The notes below the pieces were generated by a model, which saw only the letters and a list, made by a program, of their open reading frames with translations, did not search any database and was not told where the DNA came from. A stretch of DNA of 64,000 bases from Actinomycetes bacterium. GTDB lineage: Bacteria > Actinomycetota > Thermoleophilia > Solirubrobacterales > Solirubrobacteraceae. The translations under genes and the position numbers were made by a program. Location of the stretch: assembly GCA_021846845.1 (NCBI GenBank), contig JAJZWB010000001.1:1476-65475 (forward strand), read 5' to 3'. Positions 12,136 through 20,955 of this stretch are shown in pieces; position 1 is the stretch's first letter, and each line of letters opens with the position of its first letter.

Positions 12136-13329
12136 GTGCCCCGTCGAGACATCCAGGAGAGCGCCAACGGGCGGGCCGGGTCGGCGGCCGCAGGCCCCTC
12201 GCTGCAGATCGTGGCGCGCGAGTGGACACGGATCGGGATCACCGGCTTCGGTGGTCCGCCCGCCCACATCGCCCTGCTGCGCGCGCTGGTTGTCGACCGG
12301 ATGGGCTGGATGGGCGCGCGCGAGTTCCAGGACGCCAACGCGGCATGCGGGCTGCTGCCGGGGCCGGCATCGACTCAGCTGTCGATCTTCTGCGCCTACC
12401 GGGTCGCGGGCCCGGCCGGGGCGATCGTGGGCGGACTCGGCTTCATCATGCCGGCCGTCGTGCTGATCCTGGCGCTGTCGACGCTGTTCCTCGCCGGCTC
12501 GCCGCCGGTCTGGGTCCGCGGCGCGGGTGCGGGCGCGGGCGCGGCGGTCGCCGCGGTCGCCGCACAGGCCGCACGCGGGCTGATCGGTCCCAGCCTCTCG
12601 TCTGTCCGCGGCGACGCGCAGCGGACCGCCCGATGGGCGCTCTACCTCGTGACCGGTGGAGCGGCCGCGGCCCTGCTCGGCGGCTATCTCGTGCTCGCGC
12701 TCGTCATCTGCGGCGCGATCGAGGTGCTGGCCACGCGCCGTCCCGGGCTCCTGGGATCGCTTGCGGCGGCGGCGCCGGGCTCGCTGTCATTGGGCGGGGT
12801 CGGGGCGCTCGCCTGGACGGCGTTCAAGGTCGGGGCGCTGTCGTTCGGAGGGGGCTTCGTGATCATCCCCCTGATGCAGGGCGACGCGGTCCACACCTAC
12901 CACTGGATGACCGCCGGCCAGTTCCTCAACGCGGTCGCTCTGGGCCAGGTGACGCCGGGCCCCGTGGTCGCGACCGTGGCGGCCGTCGGCTATGCCGCGC
13001 ACGGGCTCGGTGGCGGCCTGCTCGCCGCGCTGATCGCGTTCGCTCCGTCCTTCTCGTTCATCCTGATCGCCGGCCGCCGGTTCGAGCGGTTGCGAGGCAA
13101 CCGTGACGCGCGCGCCTTCCTCGACGGTGCCGGTCCAGCCGCGATCGGCGCGATTCTCGGGGCCGCGATCCTGCTCGCCGGGGCGCTGCAGGAGACCTGG
13201 CAGTTCGTGCTGCTCACGGTTGCCGCGGTCGCGCTGCTGGCGTTGCGGCGCGGGATCGTGCAGACACTGATTGCCTGCGCTGCGGTCGGTGCGATCGCGG
13301 CGCTCGCCGGCGCGTCCCTGCCCAGCTGA
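12136..13329 (+). CDS. chrA: chromate efflux transporter
   Basis: ORF 12136..13329 (GTG start). It has two CHR halves: IGITGFGGPPAHIALLR...LPGPASTQL and FKVGALSFGGGFVIIPLM...GQVTPGPVVATV. Confidence 0.85.
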   Translation: MPRRDIQESANGRAGSAAAGPSLQIVAREWTRIGITGFGGPPAHIALLRALVVDRMGWMGAREFQDANAACGLLPGPASTQLSIFCAYRVAGPAGAIVGGLGFIMPAVVLILALSTLFLAGSPPVWVRGAGAGAGAAVAAVAAQAARGLIGPSLSSVRGDAQRTARWALYLVTGGAAAALLGGYLVLALVICGAIEVLATRRPGLLGSLAAAAPGSLSLGGVGALAWTAFKVGALSFGGGFVIIPLMQGDAVHTYHWMTAGQFLNAVALGQVTPGPVVATVAAVGYAAHGLGGGLLAALIAFAPSFSFILIAGRRFERLRGNRDARAFLDGAGPAAIGAILGAAILLAGALQETWQFVLLTVAAVALLALRRGIVQTLIACAAVGAIAALAGASLPS

Positions 13330-13550
13330 GCGATCCGGAGCCCGAAGGGCGGCGCGGCCGCGCCGTCGTCGCCGCGTCGTTCCAGGAGCGCGCGGTTGCG
13401 ACAGAATGCTGATGCACTGCGTGCGGATCGCGGTCCGGCCGGCTCGGCCCAGGCCGGTGTCCGCGAATCGCGCGCAGCGCATCGGCTCGCGGTGCGCTCA
13501 CGGCTCCAGCGCCTCATCAGACCCCTGCGGACCGGCTGAAGAACCTCGCC

Positions 13551-14261
13551 ATGACTCCTACAGACTCGATCGCCCGCTCCGGCCGGAGAAGTCTGGTCCG
13601 GGTCCTCGCCGGCGCTGCGGTCGCCTGCTCGTGCCTGCCCGCTGCGGCCTCGGCGTCGCCGGCGGTGAGGCGCTCGGCCGCCGGCGACGCGCTCGCGTCG
13701 GGCGTGCTGCTCCAGCGCGTGGACCTCGGCCGCGGGTGGAGCGCTGTCGGCGGCCAGCAGGTCGGCACGCTCACGTGCCCAGGCCTGCATGTCTCCCTCC
13801 GAGGGGTGACCGAGACGGGCGCCGCCGTCTCGCGGCGCTTCTCGCATGGAGCCAGCGGCCCGTTCGTGTCCCAGACGGCGTTCGTCTATGCCTCGCCTGC
13901 CGAGCAGGGTGAGGTCTGGGACCGAGTGATGACCCCCGGCTACAGCCGCTGCGCTGCCGCGAGCCTGCTCTCGGGGGCCACCGGGCGGGTGAGGTTCCAG
14001 GTCAGCCGGCGGCAGCGGCTATCGCTGCCGAGGGTGGCGGCTCGCCAGGCCGGCTACCGCGTGGTCGGAGATGCCATCGCGGGAAGCGTCACGATTCCCG
14101 TCTACCTGGACGTCGTCGCGCTCGGCGCAGGCCCGGTTCTCACCGAGATCTCGGTCTCCAGCTTCGACCAGCCGGTGAGCCGGAGGCTCGAGCTGAGCCT
14201 CGCTCGGGCAGTCGCCCGACGCCTGCATGCCCCGCTGCCGCGTCTGCGCGTCGGTGGCTGA
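13551..14261 (+). CDS. hypothetical exported protein
   Basis: ORF 13551..14261. The signal peptide is RRSLVRVLAGAAVACSCLPAAASA. GC3 bias is good. I recognise no family. Confidence 0.6.
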   Translation: MTPTDSIARSGRRSLVRVLAGAAVACSCLPAAASASPAVRRSAAGDALASGVLLQRVDLGRGWSAVGGQQVGTLTCPGLHVSLRGVTETGAAVSRRFSHGASGPFVSQTAFVYASPAEQGEVWDRVMTPGYSRCAAASLLSGATGRVRFQVSRRQRLSLPRVAARQAGYRVVGDAIAGSVTIPVYLDVVALGAGPVLTEISVSSFDQPVSRRLELSLARAVARRLHAPLPRLRVGG

Positions 14262-14361
14262 TGCTGCGCGGCTGCCCGCGGCTCCTGATGGTGCGCGGCT
14301 GCCCGCAGGGGCTGATCGAGCGGCCTGCGGTCAGGGGCCGATCGAGCGCGGCTGAGCCCCG
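14258..14361. repeat. 27-nt tandem repeat, about 4 copies, starting on the stop codon of the 13551 gene
   Basis: ctgatgctgcgcggctgcccgcggctc / ctgatggtgcgcggctgcccgcagggg / ctgatcgagcggcctgcggtcaggggc / cgatcgagcgcggctgagcc. TGA recurs in frame at 14259, 14286 and 14313. Confidence 0.9.
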
Positions 14362-14461
14362 GAAGTCCGCGACGCGGTCGCTCAGCGCCCGGTGCCCGCT
14401 GGCGTAGCGTCCCGATGTACCCGCTCCACGTTCACCGACGAGCCTCTATCCTGGCCCGCGG

Positions 14462-17107
14462 ATGGGGTCGAGCAGGAAGCTCAGGGGACCGCTCGGCTGG
14501 CCGCGCTGGACGCTGGTCGTCCTGGCGCTCGCTTTCGCGTGCGCCAACGCCGCCACGGCGCGCGCCGCGCTGATCTGGGGCGGACCGATGGCGCAGGACC
14601 GCGCCGGAACAGGCGCTGCGCTCGTGGTGCTCGCCTGCCCGTCGGCGAGCGAATGCGTGGCGATCGACCAGGGCGGCGGCGAGGTCAGCTTCGCGCCTGG
14701 CTCTCCCGCGCCGTCCGCGCCGGTGAGCGTCGATCGCGCCTCGCCGGGTGCGCTCGTGTGCCTCTCCACCAGCTCCTGCATCGCCGTCGACGCGGCCGGC
14801 GACGAGGTCGCCTTCGACCCGGCTGCGCCCGCGACGGCTCAGACGACCGCGATCGACCCGGGTAAGTCGCTGATCGCACTCAGCTGCACGCCCGACGGCT
14901 CGCTGTGCGTTGCGCTGGACACCTCGGGCAACGCTGTGACGTTCGCGCCCAGCGCGCCCGGCGCCGCGAAGGTCAAGCAGCCACAGTCGGGCCAGCTGTT
15001 CGACGCCGTCGCCTGCCTGTCCGATACCCAATGCCTGATCGCAGGGCTGTCGGGCGACTACGTGACCCTTGATCCCGCCACACAGTCGATCACGGGGGAG
15101 GCGACGATCGACGGGCAGACCCCGCTCACGGCGATCGCCTGCCCGTCCAGCAGCCAATGCGTGGCGTTCGACACCAACGGCAACGAGCTCACGATCCAGC
15201 TGGGCGCAGGCGCCGGCTACCAGATCCTCCATCTGGACCCGGGGAACCTGATCACGGCTGCCAGCTGCCCCTCTAGCTCGCTGTGCGTCGCCCTGGACGC
15301 GATCGGAGGCGTGGTGATCTTCGCTCCCGGGCAGACCGGCACGCGGACGCAGCTGCCGGCCGGTGGGGGCATCGATGCGCTCGCGTGTGCCAGCGCGTCG
15401 GCGTGCGCCGCCGTCGACGGTCGGGGGCAGGCGATCGCGCTGGACCCGGCATCCGTCGGGACTCCGGCCGTTGCCCTGGTCGACGCCCTGCCCAACTACT
15501 CCGACATCGCCTGCGCGGCCGCGACGGAGTGCACCGCCATGGACACCGGCGGCGACGAGGTCAGCTTCGACCCCCGCAGCGGTCAGCCGCTCTCCGCCGC
15601 CCAGGTCGATGCGGGCGGGCAGGGTGTGGCCGGCATGGCCTGCCCCGCCGCCGGCCAGTGCACCGTGGCAGACATCGACGGCGAGGCGCTCACGTTCGAT
15701 CCCCAGACCGGCAATTCGGTCGCGCCCGCGATCGTCGATCAGAACCATGCTCTCCTGGCGCTGAGCTGCCCGGCTGTGGGTCAGTGCACCGCCGCGGACT
15801 CCGGCGGCTACGAGCTCACGTTCGATCCGCAGACGGCGGCCGTGGTCGGCCAGGCGGCGCTCGGGCTCGCGGGCGGAGCAAAGGTGGTCTCGCTGTCATG
15901 CCCGGCGACGACCGAGTGCGCGGCGCTCGACTCGGTCGGTGAGGTCGTCGTCTTCAACCCGCTCTCGCCAGCGCATCCGGCCGTCGCCCAGCTGCCGATG
16001 ACGGCCGGCGCTGAGCTCGCGTGCCCCACCTCCGGGGAGTGCGTTGCCCTCAGCGTTTCGGGCCGCCGCTTCACGTTCGCGCCGGCGGACCCCGGCGCGG
16101 CCTCAGACGAGCCGCTCGCCGCGACCGCGCCGCTGGGCCTCTCATGTCCGATCGCCAGCTACTGCGTGCTGCTGGACGCGGCCGGCCAGGCGGTCGAGTT
16201 CGACCCTCACGGCACCGGCGCGACGGCCGTCACGACTCCGCCCTCCGGGTCGGCGGCGCCGACCGCGATCTCGTGCCCGTCCAACTCGCTGTGCGTGGTC
16301 AGCGACTCGACGGGGGCGGCGTTGCTGGGGGGAGCCGTGCTCCCGCCGCTCCCGGCCGTGCTGGCAGATCCGAGGATCTCGGGGCGCGCGCTGCCGGGAC
16401 TCGCCCTGCGCGCGTCGCTCGGCAGCTGGACCGCGGGTCCGACCTCGGTGCAGGCGCAATGGGAGCGCTGCGATCGCGCCGGGGGTCGGTGCAGCGCGAT
16501 CCCCGGTGCCAACGCGACGACCTACCGGGTGACCGCCGCGGATTCCGGACACCGCCTGCGGATCGTGGCCCTGGCCGCCAACCAGGCGGGTGCCGGGCCG
16601 TCTGCGCTGTCGGCGCCGACGGCTGTCATCAGGGCGCGTCCGGTGCCGCTGGCACTGATCGCCACGTCGCTGTCGGGGGTTGCCGCGGGCCGTCCGCTGC
16701 TGAGTCTTGGGATCCGGGTCTGGTCCCGTGAGCCCGCGCCGCGCGAGTTCACGGTGCTGCTGCCGGGCGGGCTGCGGCTGACGGCGAGAGGCCTCCGCGC
16801 CCGGCGCGCGATCCTGGTGCGCTCGGGCCGCCGACGGCTGGATGCCACCGCGCGTGCTGCGCGTCCGACGGTGGCGGTGGTGGCGCTGCGCCGGTCCTCG
16901 CGCGATCTGAGCCTGACGCTCTCCGGTCCGGCGCTGGCGGCGTCGGCGGCCCTGCGCACGCTGGCCCGAAGGCATCCCGGGGAGCTGGTGACGGTGGTCG
17001 TGCTGGCGCGTGCGGCGGGTCGACGGACGCTGCGCGCGAGCGTGCGCCTGCGAATCGGCGGACCGGTCCGATCGAGATCCAAATCCAGGCGCATCGCGAC
17101 GCCGTGA
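14462..17107 (+). CDS. exported repeat protein: 14 x ~42-aa Cys-pair repeats, an Ig-like W..RC..C module and a basic C-terminal domain
   Basis: ORF 14462..17107. The signal peptide is WTLVVLALAFACANAATARA. Repeats follow the pattern LACPSASECVAIDQGGGEVSF, LSCPAVGQCTAADSGGYELTF and so on. The first Cys of each unit falls at aa 59,100,142,185,227,269,309,351,393,436,480,521,562,605. The following module is GSWTAGPTSVQAQWERCDRAGGRCSAIPGANATTYRVTAADSGHRLRIVALAANQAG. Confidence 0.8.
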   Translation: MGSSRKLRGPLGWPRWTLVVLALAFACANAATARAALIWGGPMAQDRAGTGAALVVLACPSASECVAIDQGGGEVSFAPGSPAPSAPVSVDRASPGALVCLSTSSCIAVDAAGDEVAFDPAAPATAQTTAIDPGKSLIALSCTPDGSLCVALDTSGNAVTFAPSAPGAAKVKQPQSGQLFDAVACLSDTQCLIAGLSGDYVTLDPATQSITGEATIDGQTPLTAIACPSSSQCVAFDTNGNELTIQLGAGAGYQILHLDPGNLITAASCPSSSLCVALDAIGGVVIFAPGQTGTRTQLPAGGGIDALACASASACAAVDGRGQAIALDPASVGTPAVALVDALPNYSDIACAAATECTAMDTGGDEVSFDPRSGQPLSAAQVDAGGQGVAGMACPAAGQCTVADIDGEALTFDPQTGNSVAPAIVDQNHALLALSCPAVGQCTAADSGGYELTFDPQTAAVVGQAALGLAGGAKVVSLSCPATTECAALDSVGEVVVFNPLSPAHPAVAQLPMTAGAELACPTSGECVALSVSGRRFTFAPADPGAASDEPLAATAPLGLSCPIASYCVLLDAAGQAVEFDPHGTGATAVTTPPSGSAAPTAISCPSNSLCVVSDSTGAALLGGAVLPPLPAVLADPRISGRALPGLALRASLGSWTAGPTSVQAQWERCDRAGGRCSAIPGANATTYRVTAADSGHRLRIVALAANQAGAGPSALSAPTAVIRARPVPLALIATSLSGVAAGRPLLSLGIRVWSREPAPREFTVLLPGGLRLTARGLRARRAILVRSGRRRLDATARAARPTVAVVALRRSSRDLSLTLSGPALAASAALRTLARRHPGELVTVVVLARAAGRRTLRASVRLRIGGPVRSRSKSRRIATP

Positions 17108-18540
17108 GACCTTTCATGGCAGCATTGGCTCTCGTGTGGCGGCCACGGATCACCTCGGCGCGTTTCGCGCTGGCCGTGTGCGCGTCGATCCTCATGGCGC
17201 TGCTCGGTTCGGCGTCGGCCTCGGCCGCGATCGCGACCCCGTTCTCGCCCCCGGGACTCCCCGCGTCGCCCTTCTCGACCTGGTGGTTGCCGGACCCCGC
17301 GGGCGCACAGTGGCAGTACGACTGGAGCGACACCTTCTACAACCCTGCTCCCGGGACGGTGGAGAACGTCACCGTCCAGAGCGCCAGCGGCAGCTCGTTC
17401 GTGCTCGCGTGGCAGAACGTTCCGCCGGCGGGAGGTCAGGTGACCGATGCCGGGACGGTCTCCTTCCAGGACACGGACCTCGGGATCGTGAACACCAACT
17501 GGGCGAGCACGCCGCCGCTGGCCGGCGAGCCGATCCTCTGCGCCACGACGAGCCAGTGCGCCAACAGCCTCGCGAGCGCCTACTACAACGTGATCTGGGG
17601 CGCGCGTGACCCGGTCCTGCCGGAGCCGCTGCTGCAGGGGACTTCGTGGAGCGCAACCGGCGGCGCTCAGAACGATGTCGCGAGCGTCAACACCTACCTG
17701 GGCGAACGGTATGTCAGCGTGCCCGCGTTCCCCCGCCCGGTGCAGGCGGCCGTGATCCGCTCGGACATCAGCCAGGCGGGGGCGCTCGGCGATCCCTACG
17801 GCAGCGGCGAGCGCACCACCTGGTGGGTCTACGGGGTCGGACCGGTGAAGGTCGTTTTCGATCACGCGGGCGGCGCCCTGGCGCCGGTCACGACCGTGGA
17901 GCTTCAATCGACGTCCCTCAAGCCGCTCCCGCCACCCCCGGACGCGAGCTACCTTCCGCTCAAGCAGGGGATGACCGGCCTGTACCGGTTGACCAACAGC
18001 CGCTATCTGCGCACGCCGGAGGTGGAGCGGGTGACGGTCGCAAAGGTCCAGAACGCGAGCGCGGAGCTGACCGCCACGAGCGTCTCGGGCCCGATGCGCG
18101 TCAGGGGCGCGTACGTGCTCACCACCCGCCTCGCCGAGGGCATCAGCAACATCCAGGGGTCGACGTCCGCGGCGACGCTGCTCAAGTTCCCGCCTCTCGG
18201 GCACGACCTGCACTTCTTCACTCCCCTGGATCTGATGACCTACGGCTTCAACCCGATCCTGCCGGCCTACCCGCTGGCCGGGGACTCGTGGAGGAGCGGC
18301 AACGCACGGGACCTGCACGTTTACGGCGTCAGGGGCAGCACCACGATCATCGGCGTGCGCCGGGTGAGCGTCCCCGCGGGGAGGTTCCGGGCGCTGGAGG
18401 TGCGCAGCGTGCTCGCGCAGCGCGGCCACCCATTCGGCAGCGGCGTGCGGCTGATGTGGTTCGCGCCCGGCCGAGGGCTGGTCAAGCTCGTCTTTCGCCA
18501 GCGCGACCGCAGCGTGACCCAGGTCGAGCTGATCAGGTAG
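17104..18540 (+). CDS. hypothetical exported protein with internal domain duplication
   Basis: ORF 17104..18540. Its GTG overlaps the upstream TGA (GTGA). The signal peptide is ILMALLGSASASAA. Two halves end in similar strands, WWVYGVGPVKVVFDHAGGALAPVTTVELQS and MWFAPGRGLVKLVFRQRDRSVTQVELIR. Confidence 0.7.
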   Translation: MRPFMAALALVWRPRITSARFALAVCASILMALLGSASASAAIATPFSPPGLPASPFSTWWLPDPAGAQWQYDWSDTFYNPAPGTVENVTVQSASGSSFVLAWQNVPPAGGQVTDAGTVSFQDTDLGIVNTNWASTPPLAGEPILCATTSQCANSLASAYYNVIWGARDPVLPEPLLQGTSWSATGGAQNDVASVNTYLGERYVSVPAFPRPVQAAVIRSDISQAGALGDPYGSGERTTWWVYGVGPVKVVFDHAGGALAPVTTVELQSTSLKPLPPPPDASYLPLKQGMTGLYRLTNSRYLRTPEVERVTVAKVQNASAELTATSVSGPMRVRGAYVLTTRLAEGISNIQGSTSAATLLKFPPLGHDLHFFTPLDLMTYGFNPILPAYPLAGDSWRSGNARDLHVYGVRGSTTIIGVRRVSVPAGRFRALEVRSVLAQRGHPFGSGVRLMWFAPGRGLVKLVFRQRDRSVTQVELIR

Positions 18541-18542
18541 AG

Positions 18543-19388
18543 GTGGGCGCGAGGGCAAAGCGCCGGGCGGCCGCCGTGTCGCTCGTGCTCGTCACGCTCG
18601 TCGCTGCCGGATGCGGATCGAGCAGCGGCTCAGGGCGGGCGGCGCTCGCCCGATACATGGTCCGGGCGGAGCGGATCGAGCTGCAGATGAAGGCGCCGGT
18701 GGCGGCGGTGACCGCAGTTGGGCTCCGGGTCTCGGCGGCCGGTGGGCTGAGACCGTCGCCGGCACTGCAGCGCCGGCTGTCGACCGCGCTGGCCGGGCTC
18801 CGGGCATCGCAGCGCGGCCTCGCGGCGCTTCCAGCCCCGCGGTCGGCGCAGAAGCTGCGCTCGACCGCCCTGCGGCTGGACGATGAGCAGATCATGCTGA
18901 CGCGCGAGCTGTCGCAGATGATCGGCTACCCGGCCAGGTTCCAGGCCGCGATCCGGCCGCTGCACGGCGCTGTGCAGACGCTCTCAGCTGCGCTCGCGCA
19001 GCGTGCCGGCCCCAGCGTGGCCACGATCTATTCGGCGCGTGCCGCGGCGCTGGAGGCGTTCACAAAGGTGGTCGATCGAATCGCGGCCCGCCTGCGGTCG
19101 CTCACGGTGCCATCCGTGTTCCTCCCCGGCTACAGGGCCGAGCTCTCCGCGCTGACCCGGATGGGATCCGCGGCCGCCGGGCTGGCCGGCGCGATGCGGC
19201 GCGGCGGTGCCGGCGGCGCCGCACCGCTGAGGTCGCTTCAGCGCGCGTTCCTGCTCGGCACCAGCGGCGCGGTCCGCCGCTCCGAGATCGCGGCGGTGCG
19301 CGCCTACGACCTCCAGCTTCAGGACCTGACCACGCTCGCCGCCCGGCTGCAGCAGGAGCGCCTGCAGCTCTCTGCGAGCGTCAGCTGA
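18543..19388 (+). CDS. hypothetical lipoprotein (Ala/Leu/Arg-rich, helical)
   Basis: In-frame GTG at 18543 within ORF 17646..19388, 2 nt after the upstream stop. The lipobox is VTLVAAGCGSSSG. The earlier part of the ORF overlaps the 17104 gene. Confidence 0.65.
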   Translation: MGARAKRRAAAVSLVLVTLVAAGCGSSSGSGRAALARYMVRAERIELQMKAPVAAVTAVGLRVSAAGGLRPSPALQRRLSTALAGLRASQRGLAALPAPRSAQKLRSTALRLDDEQIMLTRELSQMIGYPARFQAAIRPLHGAVQTLSAALAQRAGPSVATIYSARAAALEAFTKVVDRIAARLRSLTVPSVFLPGYRAELSALTRMGSAAAGLAGAMRRGGAGGAAPLRSLQRAFLLGTSGAVRRSEIAAVRAYDLQLQDLTTLAARLQQERLQLSASVS

Positions 19389-19454
19389 GCGGCCCGCCCC
19401 GCGAGCGTCAGCCGAGCGGCCCGCCCCGCGAGCGTCCGCTGAGCGGGCTGCGAT
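19374..19454. repeat. 27-nt tandem repeat x3 overlapping the 3' end and stop of the lipoprotein gene
   Basis: gcgagcgtcagctgagcggcccgcccc / gcgagcgtcagccgagcggcccgcccc / gcgagcgtccgctgagcgggctgcgat. Confidence 0.9.
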
Positions 19455-19559
19455 CGCGTGAGCCTGCGCGAGGTTGAAGATCCTAAGGGCTCGTTAGCGC
19501 GCGTTAGGCCCTGACCGCACCCGCGCCGGGCCCCGCAGACCCTGTGGTAGGGTCGCCGC

Positions 19560-20741
19560 ATGCCTCGATCGGCTGGGTCAATCGGGCGCCGATCGGCGCT
19601 CGTTCTCGCCCTTCTGCTCGCTCTGTCGGGCTGCGGCGCGGCCGCAGCTGTGGCGACCGCGGGTCAGTCCCCGTCAACGCCGCCAAAGACTGGGTCGCCG
19701 TCCACCACCGCCTCCACGACCACCACGCCTGCTGCACCGGGCTCGACGGCGTCGCCGTCCAAGCCCGCGGCTCCGCTGAGGGTGATGTGGTGGCGTCCGC
19801 GGTCGCGCGCAGGCGGCATCCAGCCGATCGTGATCCACTTCTCGCAGCCGCTGAGCGCGCGCGCGGTGCACGACCTCAGCCTGTCTCCGTCCGTGCCGGG
19901 CTCCTGGGCCCTGTCGTCGCCGAGCACTCTGCGATTCGTGCCGACGGGCGCCTTCGCGCCGTTCTCGACGGTCAGGGTGACGGTGCAGCGAGCTGTAGCC
20001 TCCGTCGCCGGTGCCCACCTGCGCCGGCCGGTGACGTTCAGGTTCTCGGTCGGCGCGCCGGCGCCGGCGCGCCTCGTGCAGCTTCTGGCCAGGCAGGGCT
20101 ACCTGCCGCTCCGCTTCCGTGCCAGGGGCAGGCAGTTCAACACCCGTGCGGCCGACCAGATCGCGCTGTTCGATCCTCCCTCGGGCAGGCTCCTGTTCGA
20201 CCCGGGCTGGCCGGCGGCGCTCCACGTTCTCTGGGCCCACAACAGCGCCGTGATGATCCGCGGTGCCGTGATGGCGTTCGAGGCGGCGAATGGCCTCACG
20301 ATGGACGGGGTCGCCGGGCCCTCGGTGTGGAGCGCGCTGGAGCGCGCCCAGGAGGCCGGTCGGCGCTCCCCGGTCGGCTACTCGTACGCGATCGCCAGCG
20401 AGTCGAGCCCCGAGACGCTGACGGTCTGGCACGCCGGTCACGTGGTCGTGCGATCGCTGGCGAACACCGGGGTTCCCGGTGCGCCGACGGCGCTCGGGAC
20501 CTACCCGGTGTACGAGCGCCTTCGCAACCAGGTGATGCAGGGCACCAACCTGAACGGAACGCATTACGCCGACCCGGTGTCGTGGGTCGCCTACTTCAAC
20601 GGCGGCGATGCGGTCCACTACTTCCCGAGGGCGTCGTTCGGCTTCCCGCAGAGCCTCGGGTGCGTCGAGCTGCCGTGGGCGCCCGCCGAGCGCGCCTGGG
20701 GCTACCTGACCTACGGCACGCTCGTCACGGTCGTTCCGTAG
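19560..20741 (+). CDS. L,D-transpeptidase family lipoprotein
   Basis: ORF 19560..20741. The lipobox is LLLALSGCG. A PG-binding-like segment GLTMDGVAGPSVWSAL is present. The YkuD catalytic region is HYFPRASFGFPQSLGCVELP. Confidence 0.8.
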   Translation: MPRSAGSIGRRSALVLALLLALSGCGAAAAVATAGQSPSTPPKTGSPSTTASTTTTPAAPGSTASPSKPAAPLRVMWWRPRSRAGGIQPIVIHFSQPLSARAVHDLSLSPSVPGSWALSSPSTLRFVPTGAFAPFSTVRVTVQRAVASVAGAHLRRPVTFRFSVGAPAPARLVQLLARQGYLPLRFRARGRQFNTRAADQIALFDPPSGRLLFDPGWPAALHVLWAHNSAVMIRGAVMAFEAANGLTMDGVAGPSVWSALERAQEAGRRSPVGYSYAIASESSPETLTVWHAGHVVVRSLANTGVPGAPTALGTYPVYERLRNQVMQGTNLNGTHYADPVSWVAYFNGGDAVHYFPRASFGFPQSLGCVELPWAPAERAWGYLTYGTLVTVVP

Positions 20742-20783
20742 CGCGCGCCCGGGGGGCGCCGTAGTGCGCGCCCGGGCGGCGGC
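20738..20783. repeat. 23-nt tandem duplication including the ldt stop codon
   Basis: gtagcgcgcgcccggggggcgcc / gtagtgcgcgcccgggcggcggc. Confidence 0.85.
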
Positions 20784-20794
20784 CGCCGGCCGCC

Positions 20795-20929
20795 TGCAGT
20801 GCGCCGCGTGCGGCCTGCGGTTCTGCAACCGGCCACCGGGCGTGCAACGCGCCGCGGGCGGCCTCCGGCCCTGCAACGCGCCGCGGGCGGCCTCCGGTCC
20901 TGCAACGCGCCGCGGGCGGCCTCCGGTCC
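20795..20929. repeat. 29-nt tandem repeat: 3 near-identical copies plus 2 degenerate ones, upstream of murB
   Basis: The tgcaacgcgccgcgggcggcctccgg(c/t)cc unit starts at 20843, 20872 and 20901. Degenerate copies start at 20795 and 20824. Confidence 0.9.
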
Positions 20930-20955
20930 CCGCGGGTCTCGGCTACGCTCGCGCT

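Noticed and set aside
11347-12267. N-terminal 300 codons of ORF 11047..12267 as a real extension of the 2TM protein
   Set aside because: The composition is Arg/Pro/Gly-rich and disorder-like, with no periodic GC3 advantage over the other frames. The 2TM domain family is short, and an ATG with the conserved domain follows at 11346.
14432-18558. Minus-strand ORFs 14432..15748 and 16522..18558, plus other long overlapping frames
   Set aside because: They are antisense to the exported-protein genes, whose repeat structure, signal peptides and GC3 bias support the plus strand.
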